DNA of 64,000 nt from Acidimicrobiia bacterium (lineage in GTDB: Bacteria > Actinomycetota > Acidimicrobiia > Spongiisociales > ZC4RG35), in assembly GCA_965215185.1 (NCBI GenBank), contig OZ244034.1:1952001-2016000 (forward strand), given 5' to 3'. Made by a program: the position numbers and the translations under genes. Below, in pieces: positions 53,968-63,956 of this stretch (position 1 is the stretch's first letter; each line of letters opens with the position of its first letter). The notes beneath the pieces were generated by a model that saw only the letters and a list, made by a program, of their open reading frames with translations, was not told where the DNA came from and searched no databases.

Positions 53968-54770
53968 GTGATTAGCGTTTCCACAGTGTCCGACACCATA
54001 GATCACTCGGTTGTGGATCCTCGTTTCCATCCGATACATTGGCGCTTCCAAGAACTCCTCATAGAACACCATGGCTTGCGGGGAGGAGATCCCCAAGACA
54101 TCGGCGAGTGGGCACTGAGAGTGTGCCAGACGGTGAGGGAACTTCTCGATCCGGACCACGAATGCGTGGCGGACACCAAGTCGCTACTCCATGAACTCAG
54201 AGCGTTGGACTTTGTGCGACCGGGCCTAAGGAGAAAGCAGGAAATCCATCATCGGCTCCGCGGTCCCATCCGAGCACAAGGTTATGGTTTGGCGATAGCC
54301 GCTGCGATGGCTGAGCGGCCTGATCGGACTGTGTTGCGGGTGGTTGATCTCCATCCGTGGGTTGCAGAGTTGGCAGAGCCACTTTGGAATGATGAGTATT
54401 GGTTCGCAGCGGTCACGGCTGCTGGTGACAATGTGCGGGCGAAGTGGAAGGCCGTTCTCGGACTCAGAACGGCCCGCACCGAACAACTAGTAAGTGCCTC
54501 CAGTCTGGATGACCCGAAGCCTGGGCAACCCCGAATGCGATTTGCCTGCTATGACCGTGATCGCGATGAAGACGAGTGGAACAACGGCCACGAGGGGTCA
54601 TGCACTTCGCTCGAGGGTGCATGAAGCGAATCCGCAACCTCTACAAGTATCAACCGCAGAGTCCGGCTATCTCACCCGGACTGGCGTTGGAAACCTTGGC
54701 CGCGTTAAGTCGCCTAGCCCGCTGGATCACCGATGCAAAGGTGGAACAAGCAGAAACTGCGAGCAGCTGA
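53968..54770 (+). pseudogene. TIGR02391-like protein, frameshift near 54595
   Basis: LHPWV..LW..AV, then FARGCMKRIRN..ALETLAALSRLARWI; TGATG-coupled to the helicase. Confidence 0.65.
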
Positions 54771-56710
54771 TGGGTTGGGATGATGGGCTCAAGGATCCCC
54801 ACCTCAAAATAGCTACAAGCAACGAAGCAAGGATCGGCGTGTTGGCTGGCCCAGGAACAGGCAAGACAAAGTATGGACTTATGCGACGGGTTGCAAGATT
54901 GCTCTCAGAAGGCGTGCCACCTAATCGAATCCTCCTCCTCTCCTTCACGAGAGTTGCGGCCGCTGATCTTCGCGACAAGGTCGCGGAACTCGACGTCCCA
55001 AGTGCGGAAGATGTTCGCGCTACGACTCTCCATGCCTATTGCCTCGGTCTTTTGATGCGGGACTCGGTTCTTAGGCTGACCGGTCGGCATCCCAGAATTC
55101 TCATGAACCATGAAAGAGACCTGATGCTTCGTGATGTCGGTGGCGAATTCGGTTCGATCTATGACCGCCGGAAGCGTCTGGAAGCTCTGCTCGCGGGTTG
55201 GGCGCGCAAGGAAACCGACCATCCGGGTGTTGCGGTAGAAGACGAGGACCGCGCCTTCGAGCGGGGTGTTCTCCGCTGGCTGAGGTCTCATCGCGCGATG
55301 TTGATCGGTGAAGTAATCCCCATTGCTCACCGTTACTTGTCCACTAACCCTGCCGCCGAAGAATTGGATGCCCTTGAGCACCTCGTTGTGGACGAGTACC
55401 AGGACCTGAACGCTCTCGAGCAGGATCTCTTGGAGGTACTGGCTAGCAATGCAAAGAGCTTATGTGTCGCTGGCGATGATGACCAATCGATCTACAGCCT
55501 GCGATATGCCAACCCGCTCGGCATTCGCATTTTTCTCAATAGGGAGGATGTTGAGACCCACGGCATCGAGGTCTGTGGCAGATCGCCGACAAATGTGGTT
55601 CGTATGGCGAACGCGCTTATCGAACAGGCCCCACATCGAGAAAAGCCACCCCTCATTCCGCTTCATCTGGATCAAGAGGGCGATATATCCATTGTTCAAT
55701 GGGTAGACATTCCGTCAGAAATCGAAGGCATCGTTGCCGCGATTGCTGATGACGTAGGTCGCCGAGGGATCGAGCCAGGCGAGATTCTCGTGTTAGCTAA
55801 CTGGAGAAAAATCGGCGCACAGATCCGAGACAGGCTGAGTGACTTAGACATTCCGTCCCGCTCGTACTTCACAGAGGATGAACTCGAAACCGATCAGGGT
55901 CGGGAGGCCTTAGCGCTTTTGCGCCTTGTGGTGGATCGGAGCGACCTGCCAGCGATTCGCGTTCTCGTGGGCCTGGAAGAGGGATCGGGGAGATCGGCCG
56001 CCTATCAGAGGCTTCTTGAGTATTGCCACAACAACGGATATGAGGCCGCCGACGCTCTTGGTCGCCTAGCGGTCGGCGAAAGACTCTCTGGCTTGCGGGT
56101 GCCATCCCTCGTCAACCGTTACAAGCGAGCAATGTGCCGAGTGGACCTCTTGCGAAAGCTGGGATTGTCGGACATGGTCGATGATTTATTCCCAGATGGT
56201 GACGATGCACTTGCTGACTTGCGTGGCGCCGCCCTCGACGCAGTTCAAGCGGCAAAGGGGCCCAACGAAGTGTTGGACCACATCGTAGCGGCCGTTACTC
56301 AGAACGATGTCCCTCAGCAGCCAAACTTCGTTCGGGTCATGAGCCTTCACAAATCGAAGGGATTGACTGCCAACGCTGTCTACATAGCGGGCGCAGTGGA
56401 TGGGATAATTCCTACCGTGACCTCCACAGACCAAGCTGAAGTCGAAGCCGCCATTGAAGAAGGTCGGCGTCTCTTCTATGTTGCCCTTACCAGAGTTGTT
56501 CACCAACTTGTCATATCCTCCAGCAGGACGATGGATCTTGCCGACGCTAACGCTAGGGGCGTGAAGTATCTGCCGGCAACCATACGGAAGTCAGGTAGTC
56601 GATTCACGATCCGCACAATCGCTAGTCAATACCTTGCCGAACTCGGGCCGTCGGCGCCCCGCCCCCTGCGGGGTGAGGTGTGGCTAGCATCACGATCCCC
56701 CGAAACCTAA
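54770..56710 (+). CDS. UvrD/Rep-like superfamily I helicase
   Basis: AGPGTGKT, SFTR, TTLH, VDEYQD, GDDDQSIY, SLHKSKG, RRLFYVALTR. Confidence 0.92.
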   Translation: MGWDDGLKDPHLKIATSNEARIGVLAGPGTGKTKYGLMRRVARLLSEGVPPNRILLLSFTRVAAADLRDKVAELDVPSAEDVRATTLHAYCLGLLMRDSVLRLTGRHPRILMNHERDLMLRDVGGEFGSIYDRRKRLEALLAGWARKETDHPGVAVEDEDRAFERGVLRWLRSHRAMLIGEVIPIAHRYLSTNPAAEELDALEHLVVDEYQDLNALEQDLLEVLASNAKSLCVAGDDDQSIYSLRYANPLGIRIFLNREDVETHGIEVCGRSPTNVVRMANALIEQAPHREKPPLIPLHLDQEGDISIVQWVDIPSEIEGIVAAIADDVGRRGIEPGEILVLANWRKIGAQIRDRLSDLDIPSRSYFTEDELETDQGREALALLRLVVDRSDLPAIRVLVGLEEGSGRSAAYQRLLEYCHNNGYEAADALGRLAVGERLSGLRVPSLVNRYKRAMCRVDLLRKLGLSDMVDDLFPDGDDALADLRGAALDAVQAAKGPNEVLDHIVAAVTQNDVPQQPNFVRVMSLHKSKGLTANAVYIAGAVDGIIPTVTSTDQAEVEAAIEEGRRLFYVALTRVVHQLVISSSRTMDLADANARGVKYLPATIRKSGSRFTIRTIASQYLAELGPSAPRPLRGEVWLASRSPET

Positions 56711-56939
56711 ATCGGGAGGAGTGCCCAAACAGGGCTCGTATTGGGCGCAGGATCTAGGGTCTCCGTAGGAAGAACAATCACGGTGATCTCGGAAGTTAGT
56801 CAGCGATTCAGAGTGACCGCCACCCGACTAACTGAGAGCTAGGACAACGCTCATCACTGCGGCAAGAGCTGCTTGGGATGATTGGATATTCGAGCTTGTC
56901 AGAGACCGAAGGGACAGTGTCCACGATGGTCCTCGGACC

Positions 56940-57497
56940 ATGATTGTCCTGCGGGGTTCGTCTGCTGTTGGTAAGACCACCGTGGCGAGATGCCTTGCCC
57001 GCCAGCACGGCGTCGCCAATGTTGATACCAACCCTATTAAACGGGGAATGGGCATCACCCACGATCAGTTGCTTGAACACACCGAGATGGAACCCGATAA
57101 AGAGTGGTTTGTTGAAATCGATGGCTACTACAAGTACGGGTGGAAGGGCGCTGCTGCTTCGGCGTCTCTGTCAGCTGTGCTGTTGGCCGCCGAAGCCATG
57201 GACCAGGGATCTCATGCTGTGATAGCCGGGTTGGAAAATGCGTGGCTTCGGTCTTTTCGCGGCTGGGAAGAGGTCGTAACTCGGCTGGTGGCGCCGCACA
57301 GGATGTTCGCCGTGCGGCTTGTGGTTGACCCTTCCGTGCGGAAGGAGCGACTCTGCCAACGCAGTCCCGGCCAGTGGTCCTGGGCACCCGAAAACACCTC
57401 TAGTGATGGGAAGTCTCTGACAGTAGACACCACCAATGTCACTCCAGCCGAGGCAGCCGATCTGATCATCAAACACAGCGGAATATCAGCAACGTAA
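56940..57497 (+). CDS. P-loop (AAA_33-like) kinase
   Basis: MIVLRGSSAVGKTT. Confidence 0.85.
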   Translation: MIVLRGSSAVGKTTVARCLARQHGVANVDTNPIKRGMGITHDQLLEHTEMEPDKEWFVEIDGYYKYGWKGAAASASLSAVLLAAEAMDQGSHAVIAGLENAWLRSFRGWEEVVTRLVAPHRMFAVRLVVDPSVRKERLCQRSPGQWSWAPENTSSDGKSLTVDTTNVTPAEAADLIIKHSGISAT

Positions 57498-57659
57498 GTC
57501 TGCACCCAATCAACATCGCTAAGACGACCCCCCTTTCGCAAAAGGCATGAGACAAGTCCGAAGGTTGTTCTCCCGACCAGGTTTGCCCTGCTCCCGTGCA
57601 TCCGAGGTCTGTGAAACTGGGTGGCCGTCAGGGAAGGGGTTTTCTTAGTCTGGAAGCCT

Positions 57660-58424
57660 ATGGGAACCAGATTCGCGTTAGTGGGTGACATCCATGGCCG
57701 TTTCGAGGTGCTGGCCGAAGCCCTCGATGTGGCTCGCGGTCGGTGGGGGCAGTTCGATTTCGTGTTAGCCGCAGGTGATGTGGAACCCAACCGGAGCTAT
57801 GAGGATCACCTCGGGGTGGTGGGGCCGCCCCGCTACCGCAAGGTAGGCGATTTCTCCCGGGTGGTTGCTGGCGACATCACCTTAGGCGCGCCCCTGTACT
57901 TCATCGCGGGGAACCATGACCCGTATCCGGCGTTGGACCACGCCGGAGCAGGTGAGTGGGCACCGGGAGTGTGGTGGCTCGGTCGTTGGGGCATCACCAA
58001 AGTCCGGGACATAAATGTCGGGTTCCTCTCGGGTATCTACTCGCCTAAGTACAGCGACACCCCGGAACCGAAACGCAACGACTCCAAGCAACGCACCTAC
58101 TGGCACCGGTCCGAGTTGGAACAACTCACCCGTACCGCCCGCCGCTACCACGGACGTGTCGATGTGTTGCTGACTCACGACTGGCCGTCGGATGTGGGCA
58201 CCAACAAGGCAGGCATACCGGTCGGGGATCCGTATCTGCGGCAACTCACCGAGAAGATGCGGCCCCGTATCCACGCCTGCGGCCACATGCACCACGACCA
58301 CCAAGCCAGGATCGGCCCTACCCAGGTCGTTTGCCTAGCCAGACCACACAACACGCTCAACCGTCTAAACGGCGTGGCCGTGGCCGAACAGGACCGCCGA
58401 AGAAACCTACAGATCCTCACTTAG
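57660..58424 (+). CDS. metallophosphoesterase, Dbr1-like
   Basis: GDIHG, GDV, GDF, FIAGNHD, LSGIY, LLTHDWP, GHMH. Confidence 0.88.
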   Translation: MGTRFALVGDIHGRFEVLAEALDVARGRWGQFDFVLAAGDVEPNRSYEDHLGVVGPPRYRKVGDFSRVVAGDITLGAPLYFIAGNHDPYPALDHAGAGEWAPGVWWLGRWGITKVRDINVGFLSGIYSPKYSDTPEPKRNDSKQRTYWHRSELEQLTRTARRYHGRVDVLLTHDWPSDVGTNKAGIPVGDPYLRQLTEKMRPRIHACGHMHHDHQARIGPTQVVCLARPHNTLNRLNGVAVAEQDRRRNLQILT

Positions 58425-58436
58425 CTTGCCGAACAT

Positions 58437-59273
58437 GTGGTATCGATGAGAAGTGACCGTGTCGTCGGTGAGCAGGTGGAGGGGGTGTTGGGTTGTTTGT
58501 CTGAGGTGTTCACTACCGTGGATTTCCGTACCGTTGTGGGGGCGCGGGGTGGTGGGGTTCCGGTGGGTTTGCGCCGTGCCGAGCAGGAGGGACTGGTGGT
58601 GAATGTCAGACCGGGCCGCTGGGTTAAGACCATCCCAGGCTATGGAGGCGTTCGGTTTGTGGATCGGATGATGGCCGTTCGGGCTATCTATGGGGACCGT
58701 CCGCATCGGCTGTCTTTCCGAACACCGATCAAGGGGCTCCCGGTGAAAGTAGAGGGGACGACTTGTGTCAGTACGCCGTTTCCGGTTCGGAACCGGCAGC
58801 TGACCAAACAGTTCGGTGTTGAGGAGTTTCACGAACCGGAGGACAATTTCTATGTGGGCGCCGAACATGTCGTGGGGGGCACTTGGCGGTCCACTAAGCC
58901 TCGGGCGTTGTTGGAGTGTGCCAGGTTTCCCCACCGAGTCTACGAGTCCTTGTTGGTGATGGCGTATGGGATGGACATTCTGTGCCGCCCAGAGAACCTG
59001 GTAGGGATGGCCGACCGGTTGGGCTGGGAGGTGGCGTTGCAGCGGTTGCAGTCGGTGGCGTTGCAGGTCCGCAGCCACTTTGAGTATGAGACCATAGGTG
59101 TGGATCTTGACCTGGAGTTTTGTGAGATGCTGCCCGCTCGTCCCAAGAGATGGGTTCATGTGACCGGGTCGAAGTTGGCATCTGTGGGTCATCGGGTGGT
59201 GTACGCGGACGAGATCAACCGGGTGTGGTGGAGCCAAACCCCTGATATGTTGGTGGAGAATTTCCTATGGTGA
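58437..59273 (+). CDS. AbiEi-like protein
   Basis: N-terminal wHTH-like VRPGRW; STKPRALLECA; RLGW..LQRL. Confidence 0.55.
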   Translation: MVSMRSDRVVGEQVEGVLGCLSEVFTTVDFRTVVGARGGGVPVGLRRAEQEGLVVNVRPGRWVKTIPGYGGVRFVDRMMAVRAIYGDRPHRLSFRTPIKGLPVKVEGTTCVSTPFPVRNRQLTKQFGVEEFHEPEDNFYVGAEHVVGGTWRSTKPRALLECARFPHRVYESLLVMAYGMDILCRPENLVGMADRLGWEVALQRLQSVALQVRSHFEYETIGVDLDLEFCEMLPARPKRWVHVTGSKLASVGHRVVYADEINRVWWSQTPDMLVENFLW

Positions 59274-60211
59274 CCCCGCCCGGTTCGACCAGTGCCATTT
59301 CCCACATCTACCCCACCGGTGTTGAGCAACTGGTAGAGGAACTTCGTTCCCGACCGAAGCTGCCCGAGGGAGTGCTGAAAGACCGCAGCGAACATCCCCA
59401 TCCGCTTGTGAGAGCATCCGTGGTGGCCCGTTCGGATTTTCCCGAGAGTTGGTTGGAACGAATGTTTCGGGACACCGACAGGAGGGTGCGGATAATGGTT
59501 TCCCGCAAACCCGGTGCTCCCCGGAGGGTGTTGGAGACTCTCGCCGATGATGACCATTGGGCTGTGCGGGCTTTTCCCAGGTGGAGACTCGGCTGGTCGA
59601 TGACCCTGCGGGAGGTGTGCGAATACGCAGAACACACCGACAACTACCAGGACTTGGAACGATTGTTGTCACATCCCAGCCGGGAAGTCCGAAGGACTAT
59701 AGCCCTCCGCCGGGACCTTCCTGACCGTCTGAACCAGGCCCTGGCGGACGATCCGGACTGGTATGTCAGGCAGCACCTGTTGGTCGCTTCCAATCCGCTT
59801 CTGGGTCTTCCCAAACCCCTTCCGGTGTGGCTGTTGGAGAAACTGGCGGACGACCCGTCATGGCTGGTGCGACAACAACTAGCCGTTTACCGGCATTGCC
59901 CAGACAGTCTCATCGAGAAACTGTCTGAGGACAGATCCCCTTGGGTGCGACAGGCAGTATCGGGGAGACTGCACCTCCCAGCCGATGTGTTGGAACGACT
60001 GGAGAAGGATCCCAACAGGAAAGTGCTCCTGGCGCTGAAGAGAAGGCAAGCCAAAGTCAGGCTCCGGGCCCGCCTGTCCAGGCGGCTCAAACCCGCTCCA
60101 AGCAACCAGGCCCCAACCAAAAACACGGCCGGTCGGAGCAGACCGCCCATCGAAGTCTTGTGTTCCAACAGCGAACGGCTGACCAGTCGCCCCTCGGTAC
60201 TAGGCGACTAG
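59267..60211 (+). CDS. HEAT/LRV-like repeat protein
   Basis: repeated L..LADD..W.VR units of ~24 aa. Confidence 0.8.
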   Translation: MVTPPGSTSAISHIYPTGVEQLVEELRSRPKLPEGVLKDRSEHPHPLVRASVVARSDFPESWLERMFRDTDRRVRIMVSRKPGAPRRVLETLADDDHWAVRAFPRWRLGWSMTLREVCEYAEHTDNYQDLERLLSHPSREVRRTIALRRDLPDRLNQALADDPDWYVRQHLLVASNPLLGLPKPLPVWLLEKLADDPSWLVRQQLAVYRHCPDSLIEKLSEDRSPWVRQAVSGRLHLPADVLERLEKDPNRKVLLALKRRQAKVRLRARLSRRLKPAPSNQAPTKNTAGRSRPPIEVLCSNSERLTSRPSVLGD

Positions 60212-61312
60212 TAGGGGGATGAGTAGTTCTTGGGGGGTGATGCCGCCGTGATGCCCGACCATGTGTGCGCCCAGGCCGTCTGGCAGGATCACAGTATCTG
60301 GTGGTGCTAGTAGTGCGGCGGTTGGGAACTGTTCGAGGGCGGGGTGCGGGTCCCCACCGCCCAGCCATTCCCGCAGGCGATCAGCGTCCACGTATTGGGC
60401 GCCGGTGCGTTGAGCGACATGCTGTATCTGTTCGAGGGGCCCGTTGAACATCAGCACCCGTCCGTCGCCCCAGCATTCCATGCCTTCAATAAGGTGCCTG
60501 CCCAATCGTATTTTCCCGTCAGCAGGGATGTCGCAGTGCCCATGGTCGGCGGTTCCGATCAACGCGGTGTCGGGCGGCAGGGTACGCGCCAGGCGTTCCC
60601 ACAACCGACCGGTGTCTTCAAGTGCTCTCTTGTACCCCAATGACCGTTGGCCCGACATGTGAGCGTTGCTGTCCACCGAAGACAAATACACCACCATCAG
60701 AGTCGCCTCACCGTCATCCAGCAACTCCGATGGTCTGATCCCATAGGGGGTTGAGTATCCGTATCGTTCCGCTCCCCGGTACACCATGTTGCTGAACGGA
60801 GAATGTTCGAAGATCACAGGGTGGGAGATGACCGCTCTCACGCCGGCGGTGTTCAGGCGTTCCCATAGGTTGGGAGCGGGCAGGAAACCGGCTGTGTCGT
60901 AGTTGACCCTCTCCCATTTGTCCGCCCATTGCAACATGTTTATCACTCGACCCAAATCGGGAATCCATTGGGTGTAGCCGATCACTCCATGTTGCATGGG
61001 CGCCAGTGCGGTGGCTACCGAAGACAAACCGACGGTGGTCGTGGTTGGAAACGGTGCTCTTAGCACAGCCCGACGGGACCGGCGCAAAGTCTCGGCGCTG
61101 GGATGAGCGAGTTGGCAATCGCCCAGACCGTCGACAACGACCAGCACATAGTTGCGTTTGTCGGGAATCAGCCCGGCCAGGTCGGAACGAAGCCCTCTGG
61201 TCGGCGACTCGCCAGTGAAACGCCTTTCCAACTCTGCCATGAGGTTCACCAGGTTGTCACCCTGATAGGAAGGCAAAACACCGTGATCTGTCATCTGCGG
61301 CCCCTTCTCCAC
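60200..61312 (-). CDS. alkaline phosphatase family (type I phosphodiesterase/nucleotide pyrophosphatase)
   Basis: VVVDGLG, FPTTT, D..AH, TADHG, GHHGG..E. Confidence 0.9.
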   Translation of the reverse strand: MEKGPQMTDHGVLPSYQGDNLVNLMAELERRFTGESPTRGLRSDLAGLIPDKRNYVLVVVDGLGDCQLAHPSAETLRRSRRAVLRAPFPTTTTVGLSSVATALAPMQHGVIGYTQWIPDLGRVINMLQWADKWERVNYDTAGFLPAPNLWERLNTAGVRAVISHPVIFEHSPFSNMVYRGAERYGYSTPYGIRPSELLDDGEATLMVVYLSSVDSNAHMSGQRSLGYKRALEDTGRLWERLARTLPPDTALIGTADHGHCDIPADGKIRLGRHLIEGMECWGDGRVLMFNGPLEQIQHVAQRTGAQYVDADRLREWLGGGDPHPALEQFPTAALLAPPDTVILPDGLGAHMVGHHGGITPQELLIPLLVA

Positions 61313-61323
61313 ATAAGCCCCCT

Positions 61324-62052
61324 TTACGCGCCTGATGCGGGATCGGAAGACTGTGAAGGGGCGGCTGGTTCGATAACCGCCACGGAGAAATCGTCGGTGT
61401 TTCCCGACTCGATGGCCACCTTCAACAGCTGGTCGGGCACTGTTTCAAGTGGCCCGTTCATAGCCTGCGCCAGCATGTTCGAATCAGCATGGCCGAACAG
61501 TCCATCGGTGGCCGCCAGGATCCTGCCAACCCCGAGGGGTTCCGTGGATACATGGACGTGGATGGGTTGGAACGAGGGATAGCCTCCCAGGGTTTGGGTG
61601 ATATACCCGTCACGCCAGTCATCCACCGTGACCTGTGTCAAATGTTCGCCGGCGTGGAAGTACACCCGGGAATCACCCACATGAAAGACGGTAACCGCGT
61701 CGGCGGTGATCAAGGCGCCGGCGATGGTGGTGCCCATGTCCCGCAGGCCTTTATGGACGAGCATCGCGTCATACAGAAACCGGTTGGCTTTCTCCACCAG
61801 CGACATCAGGTCTTGTTCGGTCTTGACCTCAGGGCTTCCCTGTGCGATGACTTCGGCTGCGAGAGTTGCGGCTATGTCGCCGGCAGGGTGGCCACCCAGC
61901 CCATCCAGCACGGCTATCAGACTTGGGGGTTCGACAGTGAACATGGCTGTGGTGGGCTGGTTGCTGTCTACCACCGTGTCGTCGACGACCACCCGATCTT
62001 GGTTGATGTTCCTGCCCGATCCCCGACGGGTGAGAACCGCCACTTTCAACAT
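61324..62052 (-). CDS. PP2C-family Ser/Thr phosphatase
   Basis: NQD, DGLGGH, MGTT, HVGDSR, TDGL, DD. Confidence 0.92.
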   Translation of the reverse strand: MLKVAVLTRRGSGRNINQDRVVVDDTVVDSNQPTTAMFTVEPPSLIAVLDGLGGHPAGDIAATLAAEVIAQGSPEVKTEQDLMSLVEKANRFLYDAMLVHKGLRDMGTTIAGALITADAVTVFHVGDSRVYFHAGEHLTQVTVDDWRDGYITQTLGGYPSFQPIHVHVSTEPLGVGRILAATDGLFGHADSNMLAQAMNGPLETVPDQLLKVAIESGNTDDFSVAVIEPAAPSQSSDPASGA

Positions 62053-62696
62053 TCAACCAACCCACATGCGACAACCGGCAGTGCTTTTTGGTTCGGGGAA
62101 GGCCATGTTCGTTTCCGTTTTCATGCTGCGACTCTGGATATGTTCGGTCGGGATTCCGTCACGATAGCGCCGGGCCTGTGACAGTGCTCCTGCCACCGTG
62201 TGACGGGTGGCTGTCGATGCGGCCTGATTGACCGGCAAAACAGTTATCCTGAGCCTGCTCTAGCTGCGGTTGATGAGCGGTCCGATTCGCTTCTGCGCCC
62301 GGTCAAAGTGTTGGTGAGGTGCTCCCGGGGATACTGACCGTTAGGGTTGTATTCGTAGTGGTACGTCACCACCGCCCTGCCTGAGACAATCATCCCCGAC
62401 GGTTGGGACATTCCTTCTCGGGACAGGGCCAGTTAGGATCTTCTATCCCCAAGACAGCGCACGGAAGCGCGGCACCCCAAACGGGGAAAAGTGGGTGCTC
62501 CGGTGGGTGGGCAACCCCCGAGGAGACGCTGGAGCACCCAAACCATCTCTAGTGTGGGCATGTTCTCCACCACCACTTCTGCTTCGGCGACTTCTTCAGG
62601 GGTGGTGGGCTGGTCTGTTTCGTCGTCGGAATGGCACCAATACCTAACAAGTGGCTCGGTGGCAGAAGCAGACCTCGAATACGCAGTGCTTGTCTG

Positions 62697-63053
62697 CTAC
62701 GGCTTCGGTTCGAGTTCCAGGAGGATATCCGAAATAGAGTCAATTGCGCCAGCATCTAGGGCCTCTGCGATGGCCAGAAGCCCCTTGTTGGCGAGAGTTT
62801 CAATAGCCAGATACGGCTCGTCGAGTTCACCATATAGAACTTGGACTAACCCTTCGATCTTCCGATCAGGATCGAGAGTTCCCGTGTTGGCCGTATATTT
62901 CCCCTTGCTACCTAGCGCACCGAAGTCGTCTGGCCGCTCGAGATCGAACCCGCGGGTGACCGCGAAGGCGAATCCCAATCTGACAAGATCTGCTATCTCG
63001 GGCATGTTAAAGCTACCCAGTTTCTTGTAGGCCTTAGTGCCGTCAGAAGTCAA
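62697..63053 (-). CDS. small DndE-like protein downstream of the SMC-like ATPase (start uncertain)
   Basis: ADLVRLGFAFAV..TLDPD..ETLANKGL; gene order. Confidence 0.45.
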   Translation of the reverse strand: MTSDGTKAYKKLGSFNMPEIADLVRLGFAFAVTRGFDLERPDDFGALGSKGKYTANTGTLDPDRKIEGLVQVLYGELDEPYLAIETLANKGLLAIAEALDAGAIDSISDILLELEPKP

Positions 63054-63085
63054 AGCTACGGTTGTCGAGGCGTTTCTTCGCCATC

Positions 63086-63572
63086 TCAGGAGGATCCTAA
63101 CTCGAGTATGTCTGTATGCCTGGCAGACCGACGGATCAGTTGTCTTTCACATACCAATGTTGAATTCAATGTGTTCTGCGCTTCTGTATGGTTGATTTCG
63201 CCCTCATGGACAATGAGAACCACTTGCCGAGCAAGGTCTGGGAGAGCCTCGAGGGTACTGAGTGTGTGATTCGGGTCGAGCCGAGCGAAGGGCATGTCCA
63301 TGAACACCGGGCCTTGTACCGGAGCACACCTCTGGAGTGCTGCTACAAGTGAAAGAGCGACAATATGTTCGTATCCTGCTGAACGTTGCAACTCAAGCTC
63401 TCCGTCCTTGTGGACAATCGACAAACCATAGTCTTCGTTGATCAAGAGCCGAACAAAGTCCGGGCCGATTGAATGGACAAGAACACTTCTGTCGCCTCCT
63501 CCTCTACACGTTGCTTGAGGTCTTCCCGGTAGTTGTCAATAGCGGCAGAGCACAGTTGTTGAAGGCTTGTGA
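63086..63572 (-). pseudogene. C-terminal fragment of an SMC-like/DndD-like ABC ATPase
   Basis: RSAGYEH signature, FMDMPFARLD Walker B/D-loop, QVVLIVH; frameshift near 63450; truncated by the element end. Confidence 0.75.
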
Positions 63573-63574
63573 GA

Positions 63575-63880
63575 AGGCCACCCACCCCCACCACCAGCCC
63601 ACCCCCGGCCATCACACCCAATAGCGCCAACGGGCTGAAAACCCGAGGCCCACCCCCATAACACACCCCGGGACTCAACACCGACAGCAACCAACCCCGC
63701 TGTCGGCTTCAGCGCGCCCGGAAAACCAAAACCCCACCCCCGACAACCACCAAACGGCCCCTGGCTAGCCCACAACACCACCCGAAACAGCCAAAACCCC
63801 CAAAACCAACCGAAAAAGGGAAAACTGTCTATCAGCGTCCTAAATCGCCAACGAATTTGAAATAAATCGCCAATTGCCCC
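63575..63880 (+). mobile_element. right end of the transposase-bearing element, abutting the tRNA 3' end
   Basis: homologous to ~49935-50200; TAAATCGCCAA at 63841 and 63863. Confidence 0.8.
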
Positions 63881-63956
63881 TGGTGGGGCCGGTGGGAGTC
63901 GAACCCACGACCTCCGGGTTAAAAGCCCGTTGCTCTGCCAATTGAGCTACGGCCCC
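63881..63956 (-). tRNA. tRNA-Lys(TTT)
   Basis: GGGGCCG acceptor stem, TAGCTCAATTGG D-arm, CTTTTAA anticodon loop, GTTCGAC T-loop, encoded CCA. Confidence 0.97.

Noticed and set aside
54770-56710. Gabija system
   Set aside because: No adjacent GajA (OLD-family ATPase-TOPRIM nuclease).
62492-62540. 10-bp inverted repeat TGGGTGCTCC / GGAGCACCCA as a terminator or MITE
   Set aside because: No U-tract, no TSD and no second copy in the window.
62697-63572. Functional Dnd phosphorothioation system
   Set aside because: Only a truncated, frameshifted ATPase and a weak DndE-like gene; no dndA, dndB or dndC.
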